Shown here one piece after another: positions 12,300-26,199 of a stretch of 64,000 nucleotides of DNA (its first letter is position 1; every line of letters begins with the position of its first letter). The stretch covers positions 41,044,001 to 41,108,000 of the forward strand of contig NC_043007.1 in NCBI RefSeq assembly GCF_006345805.1, written 5' to 3'. The stretch is from Octopus sinensis (taxonomy: Eukaryota). The position numbers and the translations under genes were made by a program. Below the pieces are notes generated by a model that was not told the origin of the DNA, did no database searches, and saw only the letters and a list, made by a program, of their open reading frames with translations.

Positions 12300-14350
12300 G
12301 AACTTTGTAAGCAATTATTCTTTGCCTCTTCTACAGCAATATAGCTATGTGAGAACTACTTAGAAGATGTTTTAGCTATGTGTGAAATTTACCGGAGTAT
12401 GCATAGCTTCTACTGGAAGGTCACAAATGAAGCAGATATTTTGCCTAGTCATATGTTAAAGTAGAACTGGCGAAGTTCCAATTGAATCAGATTAGTTGAA
12501 GAGATGCTCCGAACATTGTGGATGTGTGGTGAGTAGTCGTCTTGGAGCAGAATGATTCATTTAGTGCATGGCGGTGATAAAAATATGAAGAGAGTTTGGT
12601 GTGATTGCAATTTGTTGGTCAAGGATTCGTGTGGGATCTTTTCGGTTTGAACGGCAGTTTTTTTCTAGCGGTGTCGTATGAAATTGTCACCCATAATTAT
12701 GACCCTAGAATCGATCTATTGCATTTCAATCTATTTTAGATTTAGGGTTAGTTAGGGTTAGGGTTAGGGGTGGGGGAAGGGTTTCTTTTTTTCTCCACAA
12801 ATGTAAATAAACCCAATCTGTTTCTTAAACGAGGGACATATTCATACGGCACAGAATGTTGTTTACAATATAGACGTCAGTGATTGGTTGAAATCGCAGA
12901 AATTGAAGAAAAAAACAAATATCTTACAAACTATAGAATTTTCTCAATAAAACAAAGAGAAAAAGATGTTTTATAAACACATTCTACCAGTACACGAAGT
13001 TTAAAATTTTTAGTTACCAAGAAATTATGTTAAAAACTGCCGATCAAACCAAAAAGATCCTTCGTGTGGGAATTGTTGTGGTGAGTTAATGGGTTATGTA
13101 GTTGTTGGAAAAGTTATGAATATGGAACGTACCGAGGACGATGACGTCAAGGCGGTGTGAGATGAAATATAGAGCCTAAGATTCTTATAAATCGTTGGTG
13201 ATGGGTCAATGGAACTCGGGAAATGACAGAGGTACCAGATGAATTTAGAAAGGGGAGAAAGACTTTTAACTAGAGTAACTAATTGTCGCTGATATCCAGT
13301 TGAGGGAAATAAGTCGAGGTAAAAGTGGATTCTGCTTATGTGTTGACAGAATCCTTCCAGGTGAGGTTTAAATATTGAAATGAATGGAGAAACCTGTACG
13401 ATAGTGGTAGGTAATGGGTATGGGGTGAGAGATTTGCATCTCAGACAGGAATAGAACTTGGAGTTTACGTCTTCACAGAAGCTGATGTGTGAAATGTCGG
13501 TTAAATGGGTGTTCACGAATGATCGAAAAAATAAAACAACGCGAAAGAATTGTCCATTGGATCTCGTAAAATGCCATAGAGATCAGTACTTCATGAAAGT
13601 GTGATAATCCTTGCTGCCTATCTGAATGCTTGCATTGTCTTAATTTCACTAAAAGCATCCTTAGGATCAAGAGATGAGTGTTAAACTGGACGGTGTCTTA
13701 GACCTACCATATAAGTAAAACAAAAGGAAAACGAGGTGGTTGTGTTTTATTCTAGCACCAGTAACGGAGAGGCTGAATTTCGATAACCGGAACCTGTTCT
13801 GGTCTGTAATGGGGATTAGCAGTCTAGAAATAACAATGATCTTAGTGGTATTGGTATTATTCGGGCTGTAAAAACCACGTCATTACTGGGTTAGTGCGTT
13901 GGAAAAGGAGGATGGAACGATAGAGAATGGAAGGTAGGTAAATCGATAGAATAGAATACAGGATGAAAAATAAAGGAAGAATTAAGAAATTAAAACAAAT
14001 AAATAGAGAGTTGGATGAGAGAAGGGCATGTGATACAGCAAGAATCCAGTTAAGGACCTGGTGACGTATTAGGATCAAGACTGAATCGTTGTGAACTGAT
14101 GGACAAATTAATGACCTTAGAGCGACTTGACGTGATGTCACGTCAAGTGAACTGGTAATACATATTTTATGCCAGCTTTCAGTGGCGTGTTTGAGGCAGA
14201 GGTAGGTTTCCTGTTATTGGTGAAGTTTAATCGCAATTTAACCCGTTGGGAAACACAGAATTGCTTAGAGGCAGAAATATTTTGATGTACTGAAGAAGTA
14301 ATTTTACCACAGTAATCAGAGTTGTTTAGTAAAGGAAAGTAATTATGTTC
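12300..14350 (-). mobile_element. Degenerate Penelope-like RT region interrupted by a MITE
   Basis: Frameshifted remnants resembling HPSLKFTW...FLD and G-T-x-M-G; many stops. Confidence 0.4.
12634..13060. mobile_element. MITE with GGATCTTTT TIRs and 8-bp TSD
   Basis: TIR ggatcttttcggtttgaacggcagttttt / aaaaactgccgatcaaaccaaaaagatcc; TSD TTCGTGTG at 12626-12633 and 13061-13068. Confidence 0.85.
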
Positions 14351-16042
14351 CACGTCGGCAACAACAAAAGCAAAAAATAATAATCCAGTGAAATGTGGTT
14401 TATATCACGGGAAAGAAGAGAAAAGTAATTCATTATTTGCGGGGAGAGAAGAGGGGGTTAATGGTTTACAATAAACAATATAATAAACGGCCGGCTGAGA
14501 TTTCAAAAGCAGAAGTATTCTGACAGGAATTGTACTGTATACCCACTCCTCATACACATACACACGCACACGCGCGCACACACACACTCCTCGTTTTTAT
14601 GCTTTTAGTTCAATTCCTATCGTAATCATCTTTATCAAGCTGGCCCTTTCCCTTCCACAGATGATCGATAGAATAATACTAGTTATGTACTAGGGTCTGT
14701 CTAATCGATTATACCACTCCTCCTCTAAAACGTATGGCTTTAATGCCATAAGTTAAAAACCATTGTTTGTTTGGGGATATCAAAGATTTTCGTAACATTC
14801 CTAACACATATTCTGTCCATCTCGACTGCCGTACCTATTCAGTTTTTAAAGAAACAATCACACTATTCTGGATTCATCTATTTGATCAATTCTTGCTATA
14901 TATATATTATTGCTGTTTGTGTTGTTGTGCTATCAAGATTGGTTTATATCAAATATGCTTCAACACACGAATTCACATAATGAATTCCGCAAACCAAATA
15001 CAAAACCGAAATAAATAAATAAATAAATAAATATATAAATAAATAAACGCTAATGGTATCACACCCCACGAGTGTCAACATGTTTTTGTTTTCATTTCGA
15101 TTAAAACAATGTAACATTTTATAGAGATAATCTTTCTATTGTCCACAATACTATAGGACATTTTATACCAAGACCACGACCACGATGACGTCACATTTTG
15201 TTATGAGTGTGTATGTGTGTATCTGTGTGGGTGTATGAGTTTGTATGTGTGTTTGTGTGTTTCCGTGTTATGTACGTTACTATACATACACGCACATATA
15301 CATACAAATATATATGTGACGACTGACATGCGTAAATGTATGTCTGTGTGTGTCTCTCTTACTGTATGTATGTGGCTGTATGTTAGAGTGTATGTGTGAT
15401 AATTTTTATTTTCTTTTGGATTAAAACATATCTACACATACTTATATATATGTGACGACTGAAAAAAACAATGAGGTGAAAAGCTATCTATGTATGTGTG
15501 TGTCTGCCTTACTATTTGTATGTGAGTGCCGTCACATTTTGTATATGTGTGTGTATTGTGTGTATGTGTCTGTAAGTGGGAGTGTGACTCAGTTTATGTT
15601 TCTTATTCTACAGCCCACCAGTAATCCAATGTTAACCCTTTGCTTTCTGCAACATTTCAACATTTCACTTCCCCATTGCCATCTCCCATCGTAGCCCATT
15701 TGCAGAATGTACCCTACATTCATTCAACTGTCAACCATACGATTGGTCGTGTTAGACGTAACGACGACAGCTGCAAAGGAGAGTATATCAATTGACAGCT
15801 TTTTCGGTGCAGTCAAAAATCACTTATCCCACAACACCAATTTTCCAGGACAGGTTAGGGCTTGGATTCTTCCAAACGGACGCATGGCATGTCGTTTAGT
15901 TGAATTAGCCCATCATTTACTCCACAAATGTTTTGTCGTCAATGCTTCAATTTCCCGTATCACCCGTTTCAACATACCTGTAATATATATATACAAACTA
16001 TGCCATTTTAATCTCGAGCAACGCTGAGTATCTCTGCTAGTT

Positions 16043-16119
<77 letters not shown>

Positions 16120-17555
16120 ATGCATGTATGTATGTATGTATGCATGTATGTGTCTATGTATGTATGTATATATATTATGTATATAAAGGGAAAGTTTACG
16201 AAAATAAACGAAAGACGAAGGCAGGTGGAGTACAAACAAACAAATGTATTAGTATAGCGCTCAGGAATATATATATATATTCAGAATATATATATCAGAA
16301 TTCACTAGTCTCCTCCTGGTTATTGTAATCTGAATAATCATTCCATCACCTTCCAAACCTGAGTGAAAAAAAGAGGAGCTAAAAGTCAGTAACCATGCAA
16401 AACTAACAAACTACAGAAACTGTATAAAGAAATCAAAACAAAACTTAGCAACTCAGAAGTAGGCATGGTAGATATGAATGTACCAATATGCGTCGCAGTA
16501 TGAGATGGACTAAGGACTAAGATACTTATTTTACACTTCAATATGTTTGTTTTCTTCATGTGTGTTTTCTTGAGAAAAGGTGAAAAAGGTGTGCAATGAT
16601 ATATCTGGAAGATACTAGGAGAATTTGCTCCAAACTCTGGTGAAAGTTATGCTAATTCTTTAAGAGAGCACCACTGCATAATGCCAAAGATCCCATCTTC
16701 GCCATCCAGATTTAAAACCCGCTGCTGTAGTGCCTTAGGGTTCAAAAGCCCACAGATTTTCAGTTTCCAACTTAAAGACTAAGACACCGATGTGATGTGG
16801 ATGTAGATATCTTTTAAATGCAAGTAGACTGAGGGCAACAACTTCAAACTTCCTCGTTTAGCAAATGCCAACAGAAGGATGATCAGTAAAAGTATAACGG
16901 CAATGACGATGCCCCAGCATGGCTACAACTTACGGGTCAGAACAGGAAAAAGATGTTAAATAGGTCGTAATATGAGTGACTATAATAAGGCCGCTCGCTG
17001 GAAGAATCGTTAACATGTCGGGCAAAAGGCTTAGCGGTATCTCGTCCATCTTCACGTTCTGAGTTCAAATTCCGCCCAGATTGATTTTGCCCTTTTATCA
17101 TACCTACGTTGAGAAAATAAAAATCAATTGAACACTAGGATCGATGTAATCGACTTAGCCCCCCCCTCGAAATTGCTGGCTTTGTGTCAAATTTTGAAAT
17201 CAATGAGTCACTATAATAGCCGTGTGGTTAAGAAGTTAACTTTGCAACTGCATGGTTCAGTGTTCCATCCCACTGCGCTGTACCTTGAGTACGGCTCTCC
17301 TTCACAATTTGGAGCTTCTAAAGTCTTGTGGATGGAATTTGGTAGGCTGAAAGGAAATCGACAGAAACCAGTTGAAGGGGTCATTCATATACTTTGTGCA
17401 TTTAAAACGCTGACTATACAATAGTACACCTCACCACGCTACATTATATTTCACTGAACTACACTATCTTTAAAAAAAAATCGTCAAATTTAGCCCAATT
17501 ACGCTGTTCACTACATTATGCCACATCAGACAGTTATTTGCATTAAAGTAGAATT

Positions 17556-17761
17556 GAGAAGGAGAAGAAGAAGAAGAAGAAGAAGAAGAAGAAGAAGAAG
17601 AAGAAGAAGGAGAGGAAGGAGAAGAATGAGAAGAAGAAGAAGGAGAAGAAGAAGAAGAAGAAGAAGAAGAAGAAGAAGAATGAGAAGAAGAATGAGAAGA
17701 ATGAGAAGAAGAAGAAGAAGAAGAAGAAGGAGAAGGAGAAGAATGAGAAGAATGAGAAGAA

Positions 17762-17817
<56 letters not shown>

Positions 17818-17913
17818 AGAAGGAGAAGGAGGAGGGGTGGAGGGGGTGGAGAGAAGAAGAAGAAGAAGAAGAAGAAGAAGAAGAAGAACAACAACAACAA
17901 CAACAACAACAAC
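17556..17913 (+). repeat. (GAA)n/(AAC)n polypurine microsatellite, about 360 bp
   Basis: Direct inspection. Confidence 0.95.
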
Positions 17914-18179
17914 GTGTGGCAAGTGAAAGGAAAGGTAAAAGGAAAAGATAAAAACTTGGGTGTAAAAGATTAAGAAAGAAAGAAACAAACAAGCAAACAA
18001 ACAAACACAAACAAACAAACAAAGAGAAATGAAAACACAAGAAAAGAGAAAAGAAAGTGAAAGAAAAATAATACAAGAGAGAGGTGATTTGGCTCGAAAG
18101 TGGGTAACGAGATTGTGAATCTATGTAAGCTGGGATTAGCGAGAATGCGTATGTGTGTACGTGTGTGTGCGCGCGCGTG

Positions 18180-18212
<33 letters not shown>

Positions 18213-18257
18213 TGTTTGCGTGTATGTGAGAAACAGATAAAGCGTGTGTGCGTGTCA

Positions 18258-18364
<107 letters not shown>

Positions 18365-19807
18365 TTTGCAAGTGAAAAGGGAGAGAAAGAAATGAGTGAA
18401 GCTATTTCCAGAGTGAACATTTCAGAAAGAGAGAGGGAAGGGGAGGTTAATAAAGGGATCGAGTGAGTGGGACTAAGAGAAGATGGGGGGGTGGATGTGG
18501 AAAGCGTACTTAAAAGTATTTAGGCGAAGATACGCAGAGAGACAGACGATCGGACAGACAGATGTAATAATGAAAGAAATTAATGAGGGTTACTGTTGTT
18601 GTTTCGTGTTGTTTTGAATTGACAATTTGAGCAGTTCGGAGAACAAGTGGATCAATCAACTTTATAGCTCATACAATTTATCAACATAACACAACAAAAC
18701 TAAACTAAAGGAAAAGAACGGAGAGGAGGACGATTCAAAAATAGGAGAACGGGGGAGAAAGACCTTTAACTAATCCACATGCTGTCAGTATATAGGTCTC
18801 AATTCGCAGCCGCCACGTCGTATTCCGTAACATTTTATTTCTGACAAATAGACGGTTTTATTCCTTTGCCAGGTAAATATTTCAACAGTTTTCGTACACT
18901 TCGACGTTTTCCATGTTAATGTTGTTAATCCTGATGTTGATACTTATTTTACTCGTTTTATTACGTTTTCTTTCTTTCTTTAATTTAATCTTTATTTATT
19001 TTTGTACTCCTCGCATCTATTATTCATTCGTCTCTGTTTCATTTCTTCATTGCGACTCAGGCTACCTTAGCCTTACTGTTACTCCTCTATTTCTTCCATT
19101 TTTTTCTTTTTTTTTTTCTCGTTTATTACCAGCGACAGTGGAATGTCAAAGTCGATAGAGCAACAGGCAAAATTACCTTGCAATATTTAATCTCGTTCCT
19201 CCTAAGACAGCTAAAATAGGTATCGTTAAATTCCTAAGATCGATACCAACGTTCGATATCTATTTTTGTTTTCCTATTTTCAGTATTTCCTTCTTTCTTT
19301 CCATTTTACCATTTTCTTTCTTTTTCATCTATTTTCACTTTCACTTTCCTTACATTTATTTTTTTTTTCCGTTCCTTCTGTTTCTCCGTCTATCTCTCCG
19401 AATTGTTTACTATCAATCCTTCACTCCTTCTCTCCCTTGTTCTTTTCATCCATCTTGTACTTTTCCCCGTCTCTCTTTCTTACTTCCCTCTTGTTCCGCC
19501 TTATTTCCTATTCGTTTTCTATTTCTTACGTTTGTTATTCTGTATTTTTGTTAACTTTTACATAAACCTTTTCGAATAATTATTTTTGTTATCATTCTCC
19601 TCTCTCAATTACTAGATCTATTTAACTGAAGCTCTAAATTTTACTTGCTCCCCCCACTCCACCCAAAAAATATGCCTTTTATTAGAAGATTTAGAAATTG
19701 CAATTTCCAACTTCCGTATTTTTTGCTAACCTTTAATCTTTTGATATATAATTTCCCCCACCCTCATTTCCATTTCTCTCTTTTTCTGTCTTTCCCCACT
19801 TTGTAAA

Positions 19808-20815
19808 GGCGTGTGGTTTAGTGGTTAGGGTCTTACACTCACAATCGTAAGATCGTGCTTTCGATTGAACAAAACAGTTCGTTTCCAGAGAGCATAAACA
19901 CTTCATTTCACATTAGTCCCGTCCACCCAGCAGCAAATAAGTTCCAGTAATAGCCCGGAAGATAACCCTGCGACGGACCGGTGTCCCGTTGAGGGGCAGA
20001 ATGTTGTAATCTCGGTCATTTATATGCCATGGAAACCCTGTCAAGCTCCTGCTTTATGAATCCTAGGGTCTTCGAGAGGCCTAAGTCAAATACTGCCTTT
20101 TACTTTTACAACTCGGCAAATGCGATAGAATGACGAACTTAAAGGCGGCGAGCTGGCAGAAACGTTAGGACGCCGGGCGAAATGCTTAGCGGTATTTCGT
20201 CTGCTGCTACGTTCTGAGTTCAAATTCCGCCGAGGTCGACTTTGCCTTTCATCTTTTCGGGGTCGATTAAATAAGTACCAGTTACGCACTGGGGTCGTTA
20301 TAATCGACTTAATCCGTTTGTCTGTCCTTGTTTGTCCTCTCTGTGTTTAGCCCCTTGTGGGTAGTAAAGAAATATAAATAGGTATTTCGTTACGTTCTGC
20401 TTAGCAGTATTTCGTTACGTTCTGAATTCAAATACCGCCGGGGTCGACTTTGCCTTTTATCCTTTCGGGTCGATAAATTAAGTATCAGTGAAACACTGGG
20501 ATCGGTGTAATCGGAAAATCCGTTCACCGCAAATTATAAGGCCTTGTGCCTTTAGTAGAAAAAATTGTTATTGTTGTTGCTGTTGTTGTTATTATTATTA
20601 GGGCGACGATCCGACAGAATCGTTAGCACGCCGCGTAAAATGCTTAACGGCATTTCGTCTGTCTTTACGTTCTGCGTTAAAATATTGCCGAGGTCGACTT
20701 TGCCTTTCATCCTTTCGGATTCGATAAAATAAGTACCAGTTGAGCACTTGAGTCGATTTAAGCGATTTACCCTCTCTCCTGAATTTGCTGGCCTTGTGCC
20801 AAAATTTGAAACCAA
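19808..20815 (+). mobile_element. Cluster of tRNA-derived SINEs (one family C, three family B)
   Basis: ggcgtgtggtttagtggttaggg head at 19808; family B heads and cores at 20143, 20380 and 20600. Confidence 0.7.
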
Positions 20816-21591
20816 TATATCAAATTATACTATTAACGCTGCATTGCGATCATGTTAATGTGTTCTATTTGCTGTTGACGTCTTTGTTGCAAACATGAGC
20901 CTTTATTGATTATAGCTGCATGCTATTTTCTGCCGTACATTTTTTAAAATTTCTTTTGTTTGTTTTTTTTGTTTTATTTTTGTTTTGTTTTGTTTTTTTC
21001 AAATGTAAAGCTTTGAGGGAAGTAGAAGTGTCTGTGACCCTTACAGATGTGGAATCAGTATTCCGTTACGAGCCTCACTTGAGCTTTGCTGGGTGTCAAA
21101 AGCTGTTAGGGGCTGAAATATTTTGTGGCACTAAAGAGGAGAGGTAACATTTGAGATGCGACACTAGATATTCTAAGATGTACTTTTACTTTCCCCTGAG
21201 CAATCGTCGGTGATAGTCAAGTCCAACATCTGGAGTGCAGCTGTGGACTCTAGCTGAGTGTCTCTCATGTTTAGTGGCGGGGTTTATTATGGTAGTTCAC
21301 TATCTTGATATAAGAAGCCGAAATTATACACCTCACCGCTATGTCAACCAAGCTGGGAACTGGTACCGTTAGATCATATAACTCACTTCTGCGTGCACCA
21401 GACAACGTGGGAATTTCTACATCTGTAGCTCTCAACCGTTATCTTGATATAAGAGGCCGAAATGGTACACCTCACCACTAGCTATGTCTACCAAGCTGGG
21501 AACATATTGAACATATTGCTAATTTCTGTGAACATTTCTGTTTGTACCAGACAATACGGGAGCTTCTGTAGCTCTTGTGTGATCCCTGAGG

Positions 21592-24317
21592 CAGGGGTTG
21601 TAAATAATTGATTGGAATTTTTCCAGTTAATTATTTTCCTAGTAATCAATTAATTCTAATTGGGAAATAGGCCAATCAATTATTGCAATTAACTGCAATA
21701 ATTATTGCAATTAACTTCAATATTTTGCCGAACATCAAAAAAAAAAACAACATGTATTTTGGAGTGTTAGCTTTGATTTAGATAAAAGCCAAAATGATAG
21801 GAAAATAAAAAGCACGTCTTATAGTTTCAAAAAACTTTATTATCAGAAAACGTTCAAAGTTTAATCTTATTGACTTAGAATAAGGAACAAACAACATTTA
21901 TACTCTACATTGTACAGTAGTTGAAAAGCAAATAAATTGAAGGTCTTTAATTGAAAGAGTTTCTCAAACGAGTAGCACAATTAAAATGTTCTAATACAGC
22001 AAAAGGTCATGAAAGATTACAGATTTCTGAGCTAGGTCTTCATCCAAGAAAGCAGGATTGACTTTTAGAAATAATTGCTGGTGTTAAATATTGCCGAAAA
22101 TCATTAAAAGAGTAACCTGCTGAGCTGAAGAAACGTTCCAAGATGTTGGACGTTGATAACAAAAATCTACAGTTCAGATATTGCTGAGGTGAAAGTTTAT
22201 CTCTTTTGTGTTTTTTTCAAACAAATTGAAGCTAAATCATCATCTTCTACAGGTAAATCAGACTACTGTGATGTGTCTGTCACCACTTTCAGCTGATGTA
22301 GAGCAGTCACTTCATTTGCAGTTAGCTCTGCTTCTGCATGTTGTAAAATTTTCACAACTCCACTTTCAAAATTTGGGCTGTGCACAATGGCTGCCGATAG
22401 AAGCAAATATTTTTTTTACCTCCTCGTAAGGATACAATGCGAGAATTTCGCCAAAAAGAATTCGAGCTTCTCCCAAATCTATTTCTGTTCTTTGCAAGGC
22501 AACTGTTACTGAGCGTAACTTTCCTAAATTGTCTTTTAGAGTCTGCAGATCATTATGATCGCGTGGAACCAACCAGCTTTGGATCGCCTTGAAAAGAGTC
22601 TAAAAACCTCCCAATTATGTCATAAGTGTTGTGTTAGTTGCAAAGGCGTTTTTTCCCGAAGTTTTCCCGCACGTTTTAATGATTTTAGCTTGCCCATCAA
22701 CATTAGCACGCCGGGCGAAATGCGTAGCCGTATTTCGTCTGCCGTTACGTTCTGAGTTCAAATTCCGATGAGATCGACTTTGCCTTTCATCCTTTCGGGA
22801 TCGATAAATTAAGTACCAGTTACGCACTGGGGTCGATATAATCGACTTAATCCGTTTGTCTGTCCTTGTTTGTCCCCTCTGTGTTTAGCCCCTTGTGGGT
22901 AGAAAAGAAATTTTTAAAAAATTTATCAAGCAGAACTTCCTACTTGTCGTAATAAGCAGAAACAGCTTGATTGAATTTGTGAGAGCCAAATCCAGTCAAT
23001 GGCGTTCTACACAAATTCGCTATAGATTTGTTCACTTCAGTATTATCTCCGGTAATAACTACATTTTCTAAACATTTTCTAAACTTTTGTTATAGGCACT
23101 CTATAAATTCAACATAATCAGAAGTAGTGAATGATGTTTCACTTACCATTGACGAAAATACCAGCAAAACAGTACAATAGTCATTTTGATAATTGTACGA
23201 ATAAGATGCAGAAAGTCCAATGAAATGCGTCGAATCCTTAGTCTAACCGTCGATTACCAACGAAAATTTACTTGGAAGTTCATCAGATATTTTCTTTTCC
23301 ACTTCTTGAATAAGTTTCTCCATGTATTTCTTTAAGGTCACATTTGTCACACTTCCTAAGTTTGTGTACTTACGACTAAAGGAAAATGTTTTAAAACTAA
23401 CATCCTACCATAAACCACTTAATCCAACCATAAACGTTTAAGGCCGAGTGACTGACCAAACTACTTCGTGGAGAAAGAAAACTCGATAAAGATGGTCATC
23501 CACTTGCTTGTGTAGTAGAATACTCTGTATGCTGTTTTTTTTCTTATATACGATTCATAAGATTTGTCCATCCAGTTCCTTTTTTCTAGGTCAACTTTTG
23601 CCACACTTGAATTCCATACATGTTCACTGTTTGTTTGGTTAAAATATTTTCTGACGATATGCTCGTTTTCACGCGGCATGAATTAGTTTAAAATAAAAGA
23701 TATTTCGCCATTCCACTGATGAAAGTCTGATTCAGTTAATATGTTGGAGCGAAATTCAATATACAACTGCGTTGCAGGCAAAGTTATGATTTAACGTCAG
23801 AATGTGTGAACAATTTTTGGCAGTCAGAACCAAGAATCACTCGACAGCGATTATTTGACAACATACACAATAGCCAATTCCCAAACACGACGGAATGTGT
23901 GAATCATTCTCGACATTCCTAACCAAGCGTCAACACTCGACAGCAGTTATTTGACAACATACACAATAGCCAAATCCCAAGCTTGATAGAATGTGCATCA
24001 TTCTCAGTAGTCTGAATCAAGCATCAGCATTTGACAACATACACAGTAGTCAGTTCCTAAGAACGACAGAATATATGAATAATTTTCAGCTGTCACAACA
24101 AAGCGTCGACACAATACCTCAAATAATAATAGAACACTGTATTTGCCAATTGACCGTCGAATGAAGTATGAGCCATTTGAAGAACTTTCGCTGACAATGT
24201 TGCAATTAACTGCAATTAATTGCAATCAATTATTTAATTGGCAGCACGACTCCAATCAATTAATTGGACCAATATATTGCAATTAATTTTCCATCAATTT
24301 ATTTTTTACAACCCCTG
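21592..24317 (-). mobile_element. hAT DNA transposon remnant with both ends
   Basis: TIR CAGGGGTTGTAAA/TTTACAACCCCTG; flanks ccctgagg/ccccgggg (decayed 8-bp TSD); minus-strand TLKKYMEKLIQEVEKKISDELPSKFSLVIDG*TKDSTHFIG (DGWT catalytic motif) and LRSVTVALQ...RILF. Confidence 0.85.
23838..24110 (+). repeat. Three ~100-bp tandem subterminal repeats within hAT
   Basis: atttgacaacatacacaatagccaa recurs three times. Confidence 0.7.
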
Positions 24318-25607
24318 CCCCGGGGGATTCATATAAGATTTTTGAGGTCCACACAAGGAAAATAGTAAATTGGGTCTACAGTAATATTTTCAGGGTCCAT
24401 GAAAAAATTTCGATTTAGATGTATTTATCGCAAGAAACAACTAGGTTCCTCTCTTTAATGTTTTACACAGTTTAGCATGTTTCCAACCACTGAAACATGT
24501 TCTTTCAAACCTATACTCTTTTACTTGTTTCAGTCATTCGACTGCGGCCATACTGGAGCACCACCTTTTAGTCGAGCAAATCGACCCCAGGACTTAATCT
24601 TTGTAAGCCTAGTACTTATTGTATCTGTCTCCTTTGCCGAACCGCCAAGTTACGGGGACGCAAACACACCAGCATCGGTGCAATTTTCCGATATCTACCG
24701 AATCTGCCATCTACTACATCTGTATAAACAATATTGACTCATATTTACAAAATAAATCTACAACTACCAACCACTGGGGTATATATGTAAGCATGTACGT
24801 ATTCTATTCCTGTTTTTCTTTGTGTTGATTTTTATCAATGTTTCCTAAAAGAACCCTATATATATATATATATATAGATATATATATATATATATTATAT
24901 ATAATATATATATATATATTATATATATATAATATATATAATATATATATTATATATTCAAGAGTGTATATATTCACTCTCCCTTACGGATTGAATTTGC
25001 AAAGCGTCTTAAATAATCTTAGGCCTTTTTCTTCAAAACTAGTCTAGTACTAGATTTGCCTAGAAAAAATGAAGTTCTACCAGTCATTTAAAGTGTAAAG
25101 AATGCATTTATCTGAGATGCTATTTATATTTAAATAAATGAAGCATCTCTTATAAATTCATATGCTTGCTCATCTTTCTTCATGTGTGTGTGCATGTATG
25201 CATTCATCTGTTTGTATATAAATATGTGTATGTGTGTGAGCGTGTGGGTGTATGTTAATTGCTGGTAAGGACACCATGTTTCGTTTTGCCAACCGTAATA
25301 TACTACTAAGTATATTAATCTTTAGCATACTGCATTTTCTCTAGAATTGTTTCCCCTGCTACTACTCTGTTACTACAAGGGAGAAAATTCGTATGTTTAC
25401 ATGATGCACCTACAGTGTGCTAAAGGTTAAAGGTTTACGGGTCAATATCGTGACCTACGTTTAAGTACTAGCTGTTCAAATCAATAACTTTTAAGTGTAT
25501 CTCTACAGATTTTCGTTAGAATTTAGAGCCCGCACTGAAAGTTACGATGTTTCGTATACGAATACGTCTATGGAAACAATGCGATTAAAAACAGAAAATA
25601 AGTAATG

Positions 25608-25652
25608 GATGTAAATGCATATTTCGGGAGTTATTGCCCCTTCTTCAGCACC
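25608..25652 (-). ncRNA. Minimal hammerhead-like motif, slightly decayed
   Basis: GGTG CTGAAGA A GGGG caataac TCCC GAAA TATGCATTT A CATC; one mismatch at 15.2. Confidence 0.45.
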
Positions 25653-26199
25653 ACATTCGACCCATTAACCATTCACGAACACGTTGCTTAAGTAGCCATT
25701 CAGTTCAGAGGTGTAACGCTATTGGATATACCAATTTACATATTAAATACATTCCTCGTACCTATTAATTGCTGGTAGGAACATTGTATTTCGTCTGGCA
25801 ACCGTAATATACAACCCCATGTGGTGTCGTCATTAACTCGTATCCGAGGAGCAGATTTTTGTGTTAGTGGTGCTATTCAATTTGTGGAGATAACTTAAAA
25901 GTGATTCAATAGCAGTATTTACTAGAAAACCTTTAATATACTCGCTGCGTGAGCTGCAGCACGTTGATGGCAATGATCCTCCCGCGCAGTCGGTTCCCGG
26001 TCTTCAAAGGTCTGTAAACCTCATAGGAAATTTCTATACCTACGTTGGTCAGGCCACAAATGCAATGAAGACGAAGATCCTTAAAAGTGATTGAATAATA
26101 GTATTTACTTGAAAACCTTATATATACTTGGTGCGTACGCTAATGACAATGCCACTCCTGCACATTCGGTTTCCGGTCATCAGGAAGCAGTGAGCCTCT

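Noticed and set aside
12742-12770. Telomere or chromosome-fusion relic
   Set aside because: Only a few TTAGGG units, located inside a MITE bounded by a TSD
23140-23375. Apparent minus-strand GTAAGT donors suggesting host exons
   Set aside because: They fall inside a continuous hAT transposase reading frame
23455-23530. Plus-strand peptide LRGERKLDKDGHPLACVVEY
   Set aside because: Antisense to the hAT transposase remnant, with an in-frame stop just upstream
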